Source: Octopus vulgaris
Taxonomy: Eukaryota
Assembly: GCA_951406725.2 (NCBI GenBank)
Contig: OX597818.1
Location: 108,810,001 to 108,874,000 of the forward strand
Direction of reading: 5' to 3'
Length of the DNA: 64,000 bases
Part shown: positions 36,308-50,092 of the stretch, piece by piece
Layout: each line of letters opens with the position of its first letter
Numbering within the stretch: position 1 is the stretch's first letter
Made by a program: the position numbers and the translations under genes
The notes under the pieces: model-generated
The model's database searches: none
The model's input: the letters and a program-made list of their open reading frames with translations, nothing else
Told to the model about the DNA's origin: nothing

Positions 36308-36699
36308 ATATCTTTCATTCCGCATACACATATACATACAGGAGTTGGACAAAATAATGGAAATACCTTAACATTTCAAACAAATTTATGTTAATATGGG
36401 GTAGGACTGCTTTTGGCAGTAATTACAGCTTAAATTCTACAAGGTATGGACTCGTACAAAGTTTGAATAGTTTCCAAAGGAATTTTTGTCCATTGTTAAG
36501 TTCTTGTAGTATTACATAAAAAGCACTGAGTTCACTCTGCAGAGTGGTTGGTGTTAGGAAGGGCATACAGCTGTAAAAACCCTGCCAAAACAGACACAGT
36601 AGCCTGGGGTAGTCTTCTACCTGGCTGGCTCCTGTCAACCGTCCTACCCATGCATGCATGGAAGACAGACATGAAACGATGAATGATGCCAGTTGGAAT

Positions 36700-38300
36700 G
36701 GTTCTGGACTTTGGTTTCCCAGCCATTTTGTGTCTCAATTCTAACCATTTTAAAGGTTGAATTTAGCTGATCTTTGTTAACAGTGGAAAAGATATTCTCA
36801 TGTCTTTTTTTTTCTGATGGTTAATTTACTCATGAGTATTTGACAAGGAAATCTCTCTTTTTTCATTGTCTTCCTAACCATCACCACAAGTATTTCACTG
36901 TGGTTGAATTTCTAGAATAAAGCTCAAAAGCATAGCACTGCTTTAATATTCTCAAGAGAAACATTAAGTTTTCCAATATCATCCTCTAGGCATCACAAAA
37001 CTGTCTACCTTTTTTGTGCATCAACTTCAAAATAATTAGCATTTAAAAATTCACCAACAACTGACTTTAAGATTTGTCTATCATAACTCACACAGGCCAT
37101 GAGAATATTTGAATTACTAAATATTGACTCATCAACTTGGACTGAAAACTTGCAATGTTGAAGTGCAGACCCCAGACTTTTCTCCACTTCAATGGCCATT
37201 TTGTCAATGCATCTGCTCACTGTCCTTACACTTAAATTTATACATTTTAACAGTCTGAAAGTTTTTCTTCATAACAGTTTCAGTTACATCTCTAATACTT
37301 GCTATAATCTTTTCTATTCTAGGCACAAGGCCCGAAATTTTGGGGGAGGGGTCAGTCAATTAGATTGACCCCAGTATGCAACTGGTACTTAATTTATTAA
37401 CCCCGAAGGGATGAAAGGCAAAGTTGACCTCAGCAGAATTTGAACTCAGAACATAAAGACAGACGAAATACCGCTAAGCATTTCACCTGGTGTGCTAACA
37501 CTCCTACCAGCTCACTGCCTTAATACTTGGTATAATAAAAATATCTTTCTCAATGACATGTGATCTTTTTTTCTTTACTGTATTAAGAGAGATGATGTAT
37601 GATACCTTCAGCTGCCCTTCATAATCATATATATAATAGCTGTTGTTAAATTTGGTTGTTTTTATTTTTATTTTGTCAGTATACTAACAAAATTTAAGAT
37701 CTCTTTCCCCCCCCCCTTTTTTTTATCTGAATGAATCTATCTGAGATGATCCTTAATCTTTGCAAATTTTATGGCATCAATACAGAACAATATTTTTTCT
37801 CCATAACAGTGACAATAAAACATTTGTTTTATTGGCAAATGATAGCATAAATTCAAATTTCAAATATTCTTGCAAATACTGTTGGCACTTATTCATACTG
37901 GTATGGGTTATAAATTTTCAAAAAATAAAATAAAGAGTAAATACAAAATTGTCCAACAACTGAAACCACTCACCTGTAAATAGTCAATAATCATAGACAA
38001 GCATTGAGTGTCCGCATTAGACAGTCTTCGTGGAAAGTGAGAGTTTGTTCTTAACTGGCCCACCAGTCAGTGAGCTGGGGTTGCAAACTGACTACATGCC
38101 AACATGGTATCTGGTAAGACATTTTGAATTTCTGTATTGTATTGCAGATGGAACTTTTTAAATCAAATCTTATTCATATTGAAGAAATAGTTCACGGATC
38201 TCTCAGTATCCTTTAATGCTCAAAATTGTTTCAGGTGTTTATTGACCCCTTGAATAGACTCCCAGGGGTTAATTAATACTGACCACTTTGCCAACCCCTG
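36700..38300 (-). mobile_element. hAT (Charlie/Buster-like) transposon relic
   Basis: Minus strand: KCQQYLQEYLKF (N-terminus, near 37880) and RCIDKMAIEVEK...FSVQVDES...ILMACVSY...EFL; CAGGGGTT TIR-like end at 38300; interrupted by a SINE B. Confidence 0.8.
37308..37520 (-). mobile_element. SINE family B, tail type 2
   Basis: Nin-like core; flanking TSD TAATACTTG(C/G)TATAAT. Confidence 0.9.
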
Positions 38301-39904
38301 CAACACGTTCTGCAAGGTAGTTGACATTAAGAAGGGCATGAGACCATAGAAACGATGAGCAGAATATGACACGGTCCACTGACTAATTGGATCCTATCAA
38401 ATTGTCCAAACCATATCAGCATGGAAGATGGACATTACATGATAAGAATGATGAATTCCCATAAGTTGTTCAATCTCTTCTTGAGGATGGAGGGTAACAA
38501 GTGACTCCTTAAATTCACTTGGGACTGAGCAATATTCTGTTTTTAGATGCAATCTCCTATGTTTCAGTAACTCAAGAAGAATATTCTCTTCCAGTCCAGA
38601 GAATTTTCATGCATTCACATTGTTCATGGCATTTTCAAACATTCGAAATAGTGACTGCATTTATCCAAAGCAATTCAGGATGATGTGAGAATGTGTATGC
38701 GTATTGTCCAATTAGTAGTAAAGATGTATTCTCTAAAACAGAGCAGTTATCATTAAACAAGGCATAACTAGAAACAATTTTTTTTTTCTCCCCTTTTTAA
38801 CAGAAGTTTATCCTCTATCAACAGTATGGAAAGCAGCTAATATGCAATGGGATTTATGTATGTATGTATGTATGTATGTATGTAGATATGTACGCATGTA
38901 TATATTAGTAAAAAAAAACAGCTGTAAATAAAATATGATGATGTAGTCAAAGTGATGAAAGCATAAATCTAAAACTTATCAGATTTACTATTATACTTTT
39001 ACCACTCTAACTAACGATATGATCACCATCACCAATGTGATGGCCACAACCCAGTTGTCAAAGTTGTAAATCCTTCTAAAGCATACAGAGAAAAGCTGTT
39101 AGAGGCAAAGAAAGTGAAGTAGAAGGTTTCAATAGATTTTTGGCTTTTTTTAAATCATATAAGCATCAGAAATGAATTATTCAACTGTTTCTAAATTCCA
39201 GCAGATTAGCATTGATACTAATACTTCCTAAGAAAGCTCTCGTTAGCATTAAAAACCATCTAATGATGCTTTAAGTTAAGAGAAAAGATAGGAAAAGATT
39301 AGCAAATAAGATTTTTACATTTCATTTGCTATTCGACAGAAATTAATGGATCCAGTGAAAGAGTCTTAGAACAGTGTGGATTGTTATGAAAGATAATCCA
39401 AGGACAACATGAAGGAAAGGATTAAATGCTATCAGATTTATACTTATATGGGATAAAAATCTGATATTCTAGAATTAATAAATCCCTTTTGAGCATATGC
39501 ATATAGAAGCTGGACTGAATAGTTGAGAATTTCATTTGACAATCACTGAATCATGAGTTCAACCTGCTCATACAGCACAATGGCAATTGGATTCCACAAG
39601 GGTTCTGGGGCTGACTTAATTCTTATTAGTGAAGGTGTATGGTTCAGTGGTTTGGGTGTTCAGCTCATGATCATAAGGTTGTGAGATCGATTTCCAGCAG
39701 TGCATTGTGTCCTTGAGCAAGACACTTACTTCCACATTGCACCAGTCCATTAAGCTGGCAAAAGTGAGTTTGTTAAAGATATGAATATCTTCAACATAAT
39801 CATCAGGTAAACTCATAAATACAAGGAGGAAGTTTTGTTGATCAAACAACTACATCAGTGAAACATGCAAAATTCATTTTGATGTACATTTATATAAAGG
39901 TGAA

Positions 39905-40230
39905 AGCATGGCAATGTAGTTAAGAAGTTTGCTTTGCAACCATATGGTTCCAGGTTCACTCCCATTGTGCAGCAGCTTGGGGAAGTGTCTTCTACTATAA
40001 CTCTGGGCTTACCAAAGCCTTGAGAATGAATTTGGTGGAGGAAACTGTGAGGAAGCCGTGTGTCTTTGTGTATGTTCTACCATTGCTTGACAACCAGTGT
40101 TTGTTTAAAAGAGACAGACAGTAAGTTTCACACTTGAAAAAGCAAGTCCTGGTGTCAATTTCTTTGACTAAACTCTCCAATACAGTGCCCCAGCATGGGC
40201 ACAGTACAATGGCTAGGACAAGTAAAAGAT
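39905..40230 (+). mobile_element. SINE family A
   Basis: Diverged copy with head and tail motifs. Confidence 0.8.
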
Positions 40231-41084
40231 GAAAGACACGTGTTTGCCTACATACAGTTTCAACATACCTCTGATACAGTTTAGTGATTAAATACAAACA
40301 CACAAAGATTGTATTATTTCAAAAAGGTAAGGTTTATTTTTGTTGCTCTTGTGGCAAATGAAACAATTTCTAATTAGGCTACACAAGAAATAGTATGGGA
40401 CCAGCAGTAACTTCAAAGACCCTAGAGGGATAGAGGACAAATTTGACACCAACAAAATCTGAATTTGTGACATAAACGCATGCAATACTGCAAAGCAATT
40501 ATTTTTAGGTTTGAGTCTTTTTTTATTAGTCAACAACAAAACAAAAGGTCATAACGATTGCTATAAATTATTGTTATATTTATCATTGATACGTTTTATA
40601 TTAGATTTATATTGCTTTTGTTTTTCACTAAAATCACATGAGTAGCATTAAACAGCTCTCAGTAGAATATACAGCCTATGTGATAAATGTTTATTACTGA
40701 CACGGAATTTGTTAAATTGTTCTCAAAATACTCTTCTCATTTTATTGACATACAAGCTGAAAGATTTGTCTCTTTTCAATTCACAATGGGCAGAGTACAC
40801 CACTGTCTAACTAAGGAAGCTCTCTAAATAACACTACTTATAAAAATCATTTCATCTGTTACAGACTTCATACAACACAACCATGACAAAACTGTCCATA
40901 AACACTCCCTCTCTACTCCAGCTGTCACACTGTGATGGACACATACTTAGCCACAACAGACAAAAACTTGTGCCATCATTTTAATATAATTAGGTTATTG
41001 GCCTTGATGTTGACCCCCACCATTACCCTCAAAACAGTTTAAAAGGACTGGTCTCATTTCAGGTTTTGGTGTTTAAAATAGGGA

Positions 41085-41540
41085 TCATCATCATGGTTTA
41101 ACATTTGATTTCCGTGCTGGCATGGGTTGGATGGTTTGACTGATGACTGGTGAGCCAGAGGCTGCACCAGGCTCCAATCTGATCTGGCAAAGATTCTACA
41201 GCTGGATGCCCTTCCTAATGCCAACCACTCTGAGAGTGTAGTGGGTGCTTTTATGTGTCACCGGCATAAGGACCAGTCAGGCGGTACTGGCAATGACCAC
41301 ACTCAAAAGGTGTTTTTACATGCTACATGCATGGGAGCCAGTCCAGTGGCACTGGCAACAACCATGCTCGAATGTTGTTTTTCACGTGCCATCAGCACAT
41401 GTGTCAGTAAGGCGATGCTGGCAACAATCATGCTCGAATGATGCTTTTCATGTGTTAACGGCATGGGAGCCAATCCATGGCCCTAGCAACAACCACGCTT
41501 GGATGTGAATTTAATGATCCACTAGCATGAGTGCCAATAG
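41085..41540 (-). mobile_element. RTE-type LINE 3' UTR (family C) with about 5 hairpin units
   Basis: Core plus repeated GGCAACAACCATGCTCGAATG-type units. Confidence 0.88.
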
Positions 41541-41719
41541 AACAGATTTTTATTATAGAAGGAAGAAAACATCTGAAATACTAAAAGAGAATGAAATAGT
41601 TTCTTGTTATGTTTAATAATGTACAGTTACCAATAAAATACTGGTGGATGGCATTAATTAATTCTTTCCCACTAAAACTGATAGCTTTGTACCCATATTA
41701 GAAACACTAATGAGGTGAG

Positions 41720-42560
41720 GGTATACTGTCTGGTTTCACTGATATGTATTTCCAGCTCTGGAAAATTGTAGCTTTCTAAAACTTCTGAATTATAATCAAC
41801 CTGCACATTCTCTTGGAATTCTTTCTGTAAAACTGAGGGAGATCATTGTAGAGTTTTCATGAACCAGTGTTAATAACACTGATCTAACTTCCAGGTGTTT
41901 TATAAAGGACTCATTTCCTCCATCTTTAATATTTTTGGTGCCAGATTCCATACTTCATGGAATAGGAGAGCAGATTTTTAAAAAAAATTTTTTTTTTCTC
42001 TCCAGAAGGAATTTTGTTATAAAATTTGTAATCTACCCTTTTAACACTCTTACTTATTCATACATTTTGTAGAATAACAGTCAAAGGATGCTTTCTGAAT
42101 TTTCTGCTCACCACTTCTTTGGACTTTATAGCATTTTAAAAATGTTCATCAAACCATGGATAGCATTTCCATTTTGGAACTGTGGAGATTGTCTCACATA
42201 TTTGCAGGAGACATTTTGCAAATATTAAGATTGGATCAGTTTCATAAACAGAATCAATATTGTTTAGTTTTTCATATAATAGGATTGGAAACGGCTTCAA
42301 TCTGTCTTGTCAAGTTTAAGAATCTTTCATTCCTTCAGGCTTCATAGTTTTGTAATATTATAGGGAAGAAACTGTTTGTATAAGATCATTGCAAGTATTA
42401 ACACTATTTCCTGCGTGAAAGTATGTGAAATAGTTCTCATTAAATATGCATAAATCATTATTGAATGGAATCTTCCAGCTGTTTACCTTTATGGCTGGAG
42501 CAGTTGGTGATCCTTAAAGTCTGCTGTGATTAAGTAGGGTTTAGAGAGTTGAGCTATTAA
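41720..42560 (-). mobile_element. Old, heavily decayed RTE-like LINE relic
   Basis: Scattered residues resembling LLYGxETWTL...LYxxLP of the RTE RT C-terminus; no long ORF. Confidence 0.4.
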
Positions 42561-42774
42561 GCTATTATGCACTATCAATATCTACATTACATGGAAGGCA
42601 TATTATTATTTTATAAAGAAAATGGTAACAGTGACACATATTTTTAAGTGGTTGTATAACTCTCAACACAACTGAATATTTTATGAGTTTGGAAGAACCT
42701 CTAATACTCCTTTCATTAGGGCTAAGTAGGCAGGGTTTACTGAGGTTATCAAAACTTTGAGATAAACTAGATTG

Positions 42775-43490
42775 TGCTAAGAAAGTTGCCTCCCAACCAC
42801 ATGGTTCAGGGTTGTCTCACTGTGTGGCAGCTTGGGCATGTGTCTTCTACTATAGCCTCAGGCCAACCAAAGCCTTGTGAATGGATTTGACAGATGGAAA
42901 CTGAAAGCAGCCTGTCATGTATATAAATATATATTATAAATACTGTTTTGCTAAATTACCTATTAAAGGATGGCAAATAATATTGTTTGCTAAAGAAATT
43001 TCGAAACCATGGTATAACCGATAATAAATAACAAGGTAAAAGTTTTTATTTTTCAATCCCTTCGAAAATTGCTATTAAATCGTGGTTTTGGCCATATTGG
43101 CTGCTATTTCTAGCATGTAAAAATTACCTATTAAAAGGTAGTTTTCTCTTGTGTTTAAATGTACACTTTTTTTAAAATATGAATATGTTGTCTATTGACT
43201 ATTTATACATGTTAGACCACTGGTAGTGATATTTATAACGAATATTCGCTACCCTGTATATGTATTATATGTATGTATGTATGTGTTACCCCCCCACACA
43301 CACACATACTGCTTGATAACCAGTGTTGTTTTGTTTATATCCCTGTAACTTAGTAGTGTGGCAAAAATAGACCAATGGAATAAGTACCAAACATTACAAA
43401 AGTAAAAAAAAAAAAAGTAGTCAATTTGTCCGATTGAGCCCTTCAAGGTGGTGCCCCAGCATGGCCATAGTCCAATGACTGAAACATGAG
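42775..43490 (+). mobile_element. SINE family A with a ~320-bp insert in its TA tract
   Basis: Head about 42775-42920, tail about 43265-43490; the insert ends CGCTACCCTG-TA. Confidence 0.8.
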
Positions 43491-43708
43491 AAAGATAATA
43501 GACAAACTAAACAAGGAAATAGAGAAGTGGAAGTCACTTTCCAAGTGATTCTTGAATCATTCTACCCTCTAAACTATAAATCAAAGAATCTCAATAATTT
43601 CCAGGACTTGGAAGAAATCAAACATTTGGTACAAACTTAGATATGTTTTTTATTTTAAGACATTGTGTTTTAATTTGTTTAGAACTTGATTATGCTCATG
43701 TTTTTTAA

Positions 43709-44156
43709 CCCATTACTGTTATTCCGATTACTTTATCAAATGAAATGCTTGTTTATTCACACTGTTTTCAATTAACCCTTTTGTTACCAACCCAGCTGAA
43801 ACTGGCTCTGGCTATGAGTACAAATGTCTTGTTTATATAAGTTCTGAATTAAAATCTTCCACCAAAAGTTAGTCACAATTCATGTTCCTATCACTAGCTG
43901 AATGATAACTAAGTTATTTAACTAAATTCTTTGTTATATTTAAAGTAATTGAAAGAAACAGAGAGCATCTCAAAATAAATACAGTAACGAAAGGGTTACT
44001 CAGGCACTATATTGTAGCTTTGAGATTTCAATGATGTGATTCCCTTACTTTTATAATGGCATGGTAGTATAGGCGTGAGAAGTTGGATCTAGCCAGTATG
44101 AACATAAAACAGGTAAAATATTTTGGCTGGATGTGATTGGTTTAAATATTAAAGGG
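43709..44156. mobile_element. piggyBac-type MITE family P1 containing a nested MITE
   Basis: TTAA|CCC...AAAGGG|TTAA termini; body homologous to the copies at 22631 and 53115. Confidence 0.8.
43776..43995. mobile_element. piggyBac-type MITE family P2
   Basis: TTAA|CCCTTTTGTTAC...GTAACGAAAGGG|TTAC; a second copy lies at 54449-54670. Confidence 0.85.
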
Positions 44157-44619
44157 TTAAATTTCATTTCAAGAATAGGGAATCTACAAGGGTGACTGAC
44201 CAGGGGTGGAAAGGTGGATGCATAGGTGGATACTTCTGTCCTCTGATAATTATTTTACCTCCAATTGTTGAAGACAATGCCTTGGTAAACCTGGAAAGGG
44301 TAAAAACTTTTCTGCTCATTGCTCGAGTATAAGTTTTGAGAGAAGTCTTTAGTCTGAAAGATTTTATGACAATTCCATTTGATACTTGGAAAAAAAATAT
44401 TCTGCATGTTTTAACTGTTTTACATTTAATCTTAAAATACTCTCATAGCAGCCAAATGACCCATCACCACCCACCTGACCATCTTAGAAATGGAAGGATT
44501 CATTGAATAAGACAGTCATAGATACATTATGTAAGAAACAGACATGCAGTAGCTGTGGCTTGAATGCCAGTGGAATTACAGAAAATTATTAGAGAAACAC
44601 AAAGAGATCCTCCTCCTCC

Positions 44620-44910
44620 TCATCATCATCATCCTTTAACGTCCGTGTTCCATGCTAGCAAGAGTGGGACAGTACCACAAGAGCCGGCTAGGCCAAAACC
44701 TGCACCAGACTTCTGCGGCTGCTTTGAGAAAGATTTACAGCTGGATGCCCTTCCTAACACCAACCACTCAGCAGAGTGGACTTCATGCTTTTTACATGGC
44801 ACAAGCACAGGCGAGGTCAGTTTTGGCAAGGTTTTTACAACTGGATGCCCTTCCAAATGCCAACCACTTCACAGTGTGGACTGGATGCTTTTAAGTGGCG
44901 CCTGCACTTG
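44620..44910 (-). mobile_element. Family C-like LINE tail with duplicated core
   Basis: CTGGATGCCCTTCC...CCAACCAC occurs twice in tandem; same structure at 19390-19700 and 60330-60600. Confidence 0.8.
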
Positions 44911-45059
44911 CAAAACAAAACTTTTAAGAGGGGAGGAAGCATTGGAGGAGGTGATGATGAAAAGGTTATATTGAGACAGATACAGGTGTAAAAACATTTT
45001 CACCTGAATACAAGAGATCAGTTTCTATAGACTTGAGCTCAATATAATAGCTTTCGTCT

Positions 45060-45633
45060 ATTGTTTCAGTTATTAGACTGTGGCCATTTTTTTTCAGTCA
45101 AATGAGCCAACCCCAGTACTTATTGTTGTTTTTTTTTTTTTAATCCTGGTACTTATTCTATTGGTCTGTTTAACCAAACAGCTAAGTTACCGGGAATGTA
45201 AACACACCAACACAGGTTGTCAAAGTGGTAGCGGAAGACAGACACATGACTTCTTTTCAGTTTCCTATTTCTTTGTTTCCCACAAGGGGCTAAACATAGA
45301 GGGGACAAACAAGGACAGACAAAGGGAGTAAGTCGATTACATCGACCCCAGTGCGTAACTGGTACTTAATTTATCGACCCCGAAAGGATGACAGGCAAAG
45401 TTGACCTCGGCGAAATTTAAACTCAGAACATAATGGCAGACGAAATACGGCTACGCATTTCGCCTGGCGCGCTGACATTTCTGCCAGCTCGCTACCTTAA
45501 CTTCTTTTCAGTTTCCATCAACCGAATCCACTTATAAAGTTTTGGATTAGCACCAGGATGTAATAGAAGACACTTGCCCCAAATACCATGAGTTTGGGAA
45601 GCCAGCTTCTTACAACACAGTCACTCCTGTGCC
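45060..45633 (-). mobile_element. SINE family A interrupted by SINE family B (about 45265-45499)
   Basis: B copy flanked by the direct repeat ACTTCTTTTCAGTTTCC. Confidence 0.88.
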
Positions 45634-46191
45634 TAATTTTATTTCATGGAACATGGAGAGGGGGAAACTTAACTGCGATTTGAACACAGAAGATTTAGCC
45701 TCACTCAATAACCATTTAAACATCTAAACTAGCTTTGTTTTCAAAGCAACACCATCGCCACCACAAACCATCATCATTAACATAATCTCAGTATGGCAGA
45801 CACAGGAGAAATCAATGCATTTCTATCTTAAGTATCACATCAGTGAAACCTAGCTTTCTGTAGTCCACCTTAAATCAAACACTTTTGTTTTAACACACAC
45901 AGATACACACTGCTTCTGTGGTCTGTCATAGCCTGGAAGTTTATACGTTATTAATTGGTGTCTTCAGAAGTAATTGTTTGAAGTAGAGGAAAAGATTTTA
46001 TCAAAACGCGGAACCTTCTGGTGAATATAAGAGACATTAGGGGCAAGCTTCATATAGATGTGATGTCAGAACCTCTGTGATAGAGTTTGGGGAATAAAAT
46101 TTGCTTTTTTTAAACTATTTGCTTATTGGAAGAAGTTGTACTGAAAGGCGGATCGTGAGAAAGAAAAATATAGAGATTTTAGGAATTGTGA

Positions 46192-46223
<32 letters not shown>

Positions 46224-46619
46224 GGATGGGTGGAGAGAGAGAGAATATGTTTGACCTCACTGTAAAATTGATTGCTAACATAACTCGGGTAATATACACA
46301 GTGTCATGAAATGCAAAATAAGATCTGTGAATCGTATTTACTAAAGCTAGGAGGAGCTGTAGCCATGAACTTTGCCGACCTTTCAAAACTGATGAGGTGA
46401 AGACAGTTGGTGTTTCGTTTGAAATTCTTCACTTTGAATGAGTGTCAGAAGGGTGTGCGGTCCTGGGAATATAAGACTGGATGAAGTATTTAAGGCAGGG
46501 TTTTGGAGACCTAGATAAAATCAAAATGATTTACCAGAGAGGGTGGAGGTAAACTGGATGAAGTTGACTGAGGAATAGTACAACAGGAGCTGTTGAAGTA
46601 AGGAAAGAAAAAAAAAGCA

Positions 46620-47310
46620 ATATGCAAGTGATTGTTGGGTGTTCATGAGTGAAAGCCTATCAATTACTGGCACAGTTTTGTTTTGGAAGAAGTCTAGAAA
46701 GTTTGGTGAAAAGCAGCCACTCCATACCAGATGTGTCAATGTTGCACTTAAGAAAGGTTATGTATTTAATTTGATGGGATTAGAAGGGTGGTGTCTTTTA
46801 CAAGCTTCTTTCGACCAACAGGACCATCAATTCGAATGTGCTTTGTGATCAGCTGGACAAATTAAAAGCAGTGATCCACCAGAAATGTCCAACACTTGCT
46901 AATCATAAGGGTATTGTCTTTCATCATGACAATACCAGACTGCACACTTCTTTGTGGACACAACAGAAATTACTGGGTCTTGGCTGGGAACTTTAGTGTC
47001 ACACAATCTATATTCGCCAGCTTTGCATCTTCAGATTCCCACCTGCTTTGATCTCTTCATAATTCATTGAATGGACAGACCTTCAGCTCTGAAGATGATT
47101 TAAAAATTCATCTGAAAGTGTTTTTTACCAGTAAAGACAAGAAATTCTTTGAGCAAGGAATGATGGATCGGTCTCCATGATGGCAGAAGATACTGGAACA
47201 AAACAGTAATTATATCATTGACTGAATAAACCACTTCATATTTCAAATGGCTCTTATTTTCACATAGCCCCCACCCCACCCCACCATTAACTTTTTGACC
47301 AATGCAATAT
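46620..47310 (+). pseudogene. Second, older mariner relic (C-terminal transposase and right TIR)
   Basis: QLDKLKAVIHQKCPTLANHKGIVFHHDN...LGWEL...YSP...SLHNSL...WQKILEQNSNYIID*; TIR-like ATTAACTTTTTGACCAATGCAATA-TA. Confidence 0.85.
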
Positions 47311-47539
47311 ATATTGAGCCACTATGAGCAATTGCAAAAGTTTGTAGGTGAGTTTAGTTGGAATGAGGAGCAAAGGAATCTAATGTTTCAGATATTTGTC
47401 CTTTGGGGAAGAGATAAAAATAAAACGCTTTGCTTTCCCTCTTTATTAATGAGAAGACAATTAATTTGGCGTTTATATAATTTTTCTTTCTTCACCATCA
47501 TGTTAAACAAATTTACAGTGATTTTAATTATAGTGATTT

Positions 47540-47765
47540 GAAATTTTGGCACAAGGCCAGAAATTTGGGGACGGGGCAAGCCAATTACATTGACCCAATG
47601 TTCAGCTTGTACTTATTTTATCAACCCCAAAGGATGAAAGGCAAAGCCAGTCTCGACAGAATTTCAACTCAAAACAGACAAATGATGATGATGATGAATA
47701 TCAAGACAGATGAAACGCCACTAAGCATTTCTCGCATCATGCTAACGATGCTGCCAGCTCACCAC
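47540..47765 (-). mobile_element. SINE family B, diverged
   Basis: AAAGGATGAAAGGCAAAG core and CTGCCAGCTCACC head. Confidence 0.8.
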
Positions 47766-48699
47766 CTGCGTGGTTTTAATTATACTAAACGCACATAGCA
47801 CTTTGTCTGCCCCTTTCAATTCTCAAAGGCTCACCTCAAGGGAAATACTGACCTAAGTTCATAGTTTTCTTGATGTGCATAGTAAATGATTGGGGATTGC
47901 ATTTCAAGTAGAATACAAACTTGTTTTGATTCCAGAGTCAGGTAAAATCTAAACTTGTAACTGAGAGAAAGAAGCAGGTAACGATGATGGTGAATATAAG
48001 AAATAAAAGTAGTTTTATGTTCTATCTCTAATGTGAACAAATTGAAAGTGTTATTGAACAGCTCCACACAGAGTAGCCCAATTAGGTATTTACTGATGAT
48101 CTGAGTAAAAGAGAGAAACAAAAAAAAAAAAAAACATAGATACAGCTTAAATTGTTCAGTCTGTATTTAAGATATCATTATTCTATCTATAGTGAAGTAA
48201 TTGATCTATGAAACACATTGTTCAATATACAGAATGGCAACAGTATGTGGTCCCAAAATCTAAACTCTTTTGGCTCTAGCACAATATTGTAATTGGTAAA
48301 AGCGTCAGAAAAATTTATATACTTAATGCAGTGTTTTATTATGTCAGTGGGAACCAAAAATTCCACTTTACCTCAAATAATACAATAAAATTAAAACATC
48401 TCTTAAGCAAATAAAGGATAATGTTTTATTCCAAGTAACAACAGAGTCACTGAAGTTATGATTCATTGCTTATGAGATAAGTAGTATTGTTGCTATTGTT
48501 TAATCTCAGGACTGACCAAAAAATGTTCCAGCCATGATCACTCCATTATTTTTCCTTTTTCTTTCAGGTATAGTTTATCTACAACCACATTATCTAATGT
48601 AACCTGTGAAATATTTGGCTGATATTTTAGTAGGTACGAGCAACTAGATACGGGTTCTTTTATTGGGTTGTGAGAGTGATTGTGAAGATAGTAGTGATT

Positions 48700-48935
48700 T
48701 AAGGCGGTGAGCTGGCAGAAACGTCAGCACGCCGGGTGAAATGCTTAGTGATATTTTGTCTGCTGCTACGTTCTGAGTTCAAATTCCGCCGAGGTCGACT
48801 TTGCCTTTCATCCTTTCGGGGTTGATTAAATAAATACCAGTTACGCACTGGGGTTGATGTAATCGACTTAATCCATTTGTCTGTCCTTGTTTGTCCTCTC
48901 TGTGTTTAGCCCCTTGTGGGTAGTAAAGAAATAGG
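48700..48935 (+). mobile_element. SINE family B, tail type 1
   Basis: Well-preserved full-length copy. Confidence 0.9.
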
Positions 48936-49629
48936 TAGTGATGCTGATGATAGAAGCAGCACCTATGAACAGTTGATAATCATAATAGCAGTAGTATAAG
49001 TGGTGGTGGGAAAGGTGATGCTGTACATCTATGACCAAAGATGTGTAGTGATGATTCGAAACCAAACAGCTGGTAACTAGCCATGTATCATGATTGAAAC
49101 ATGGTAGTTGCATTTAATGGATCTCTTAAGCAATGAATCAGTGACAAAAGCCATCGTGTGATTCAATCTTCAAGAAGCTTCTCCTTGAACTCAACATAAA
49201 GGCCACTTTTGGCAGTAATTAATTACAGAATGTTGAGGCATTTATGTGTTGTGACTCCATTCTTGCCACAACTAGATGGTTAAAACAGATAGCAGATGGT
49301 CAACAGGAATCTCTGTCACAATTGCTTCCAGTTTTGATGGGCCACCCACAGGTTGCTGATTGATAAGCCTGCCATAAACTCCAAGCAGTGTGTCTCTTGT
49401 AATATGTAATCATTGCTGTTTATTATTTGTAAAAGACCTACACAGTTAAACTGCATGTTGTGCAATACTGAAATCTGTTGAATGCTTGAGGGTGTTGTTC
49501 AGCTGCTTCTTCATGTAGCCAGAGAAATCCATTTCCAGTCAGCCACTCAACTAGTCAACCAAACTCAGACCAGTCAACCAAACTCACTTGCAACAGATGT
49601 TCCAGTTATACTTCATAGGAATATTAGTC

Positions 49630-50092
49630 TGTTAAAAGCACCCACTACACTCTCGGAGTGATTGGTGTTAGGAAGGGCATTCAGCTGTAGAAACTCTGCC
49701 AGATCAGATTGGAGCCTGGTGCAGCCATCTGGTTCGCCAGTCCTCAGTCAAACCGTCCAACCCATGCCAGCATGGAAAACAGACGTTAAACGATGATGAT
49801 AATGATGATGGCTATCCAGGCTACACCCCCATCTACACTATGACTGTAGCTCCTGCAATTAGTGTCCTGCATCTGTGCTGGTGCCACATGTATAATATCT
49901 GTATCAATACCAAGTAAAAAGGACCCAGTGCCACTCCGTAAAGTGGTTGGCATTAGGAAGGGCATCATCCAGCCATGGAAACAATGTCATAACAGACAAT
50001 GGAGCTTGGTGCAGCTATCTGGCTTGTCAGCTCTCGTCAAACCATTCAACCCATGCCAGCATGGACAATGGAGAGTAAATGATGATGATGAT
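49630..50092 (+). mobile_element. Two tandem family C LINE tails
   Basis: Copies at about 49630-49810 and 49860-50092, each ending in (GAT)n. Confidence 0.85.

Noticed and set aside
38051-38068. DWWA on the minus strand, resembling the upstream MASTL exon (VDWWALG)
   Set aside because: Followed by S and a stop, no PPFND motif, and it lies within the hAT relic.
46385-46425. CTGATGAG...GAAA as a hammerhead
   Set aside because: No convincing stem II, stem III or stem I pairing.
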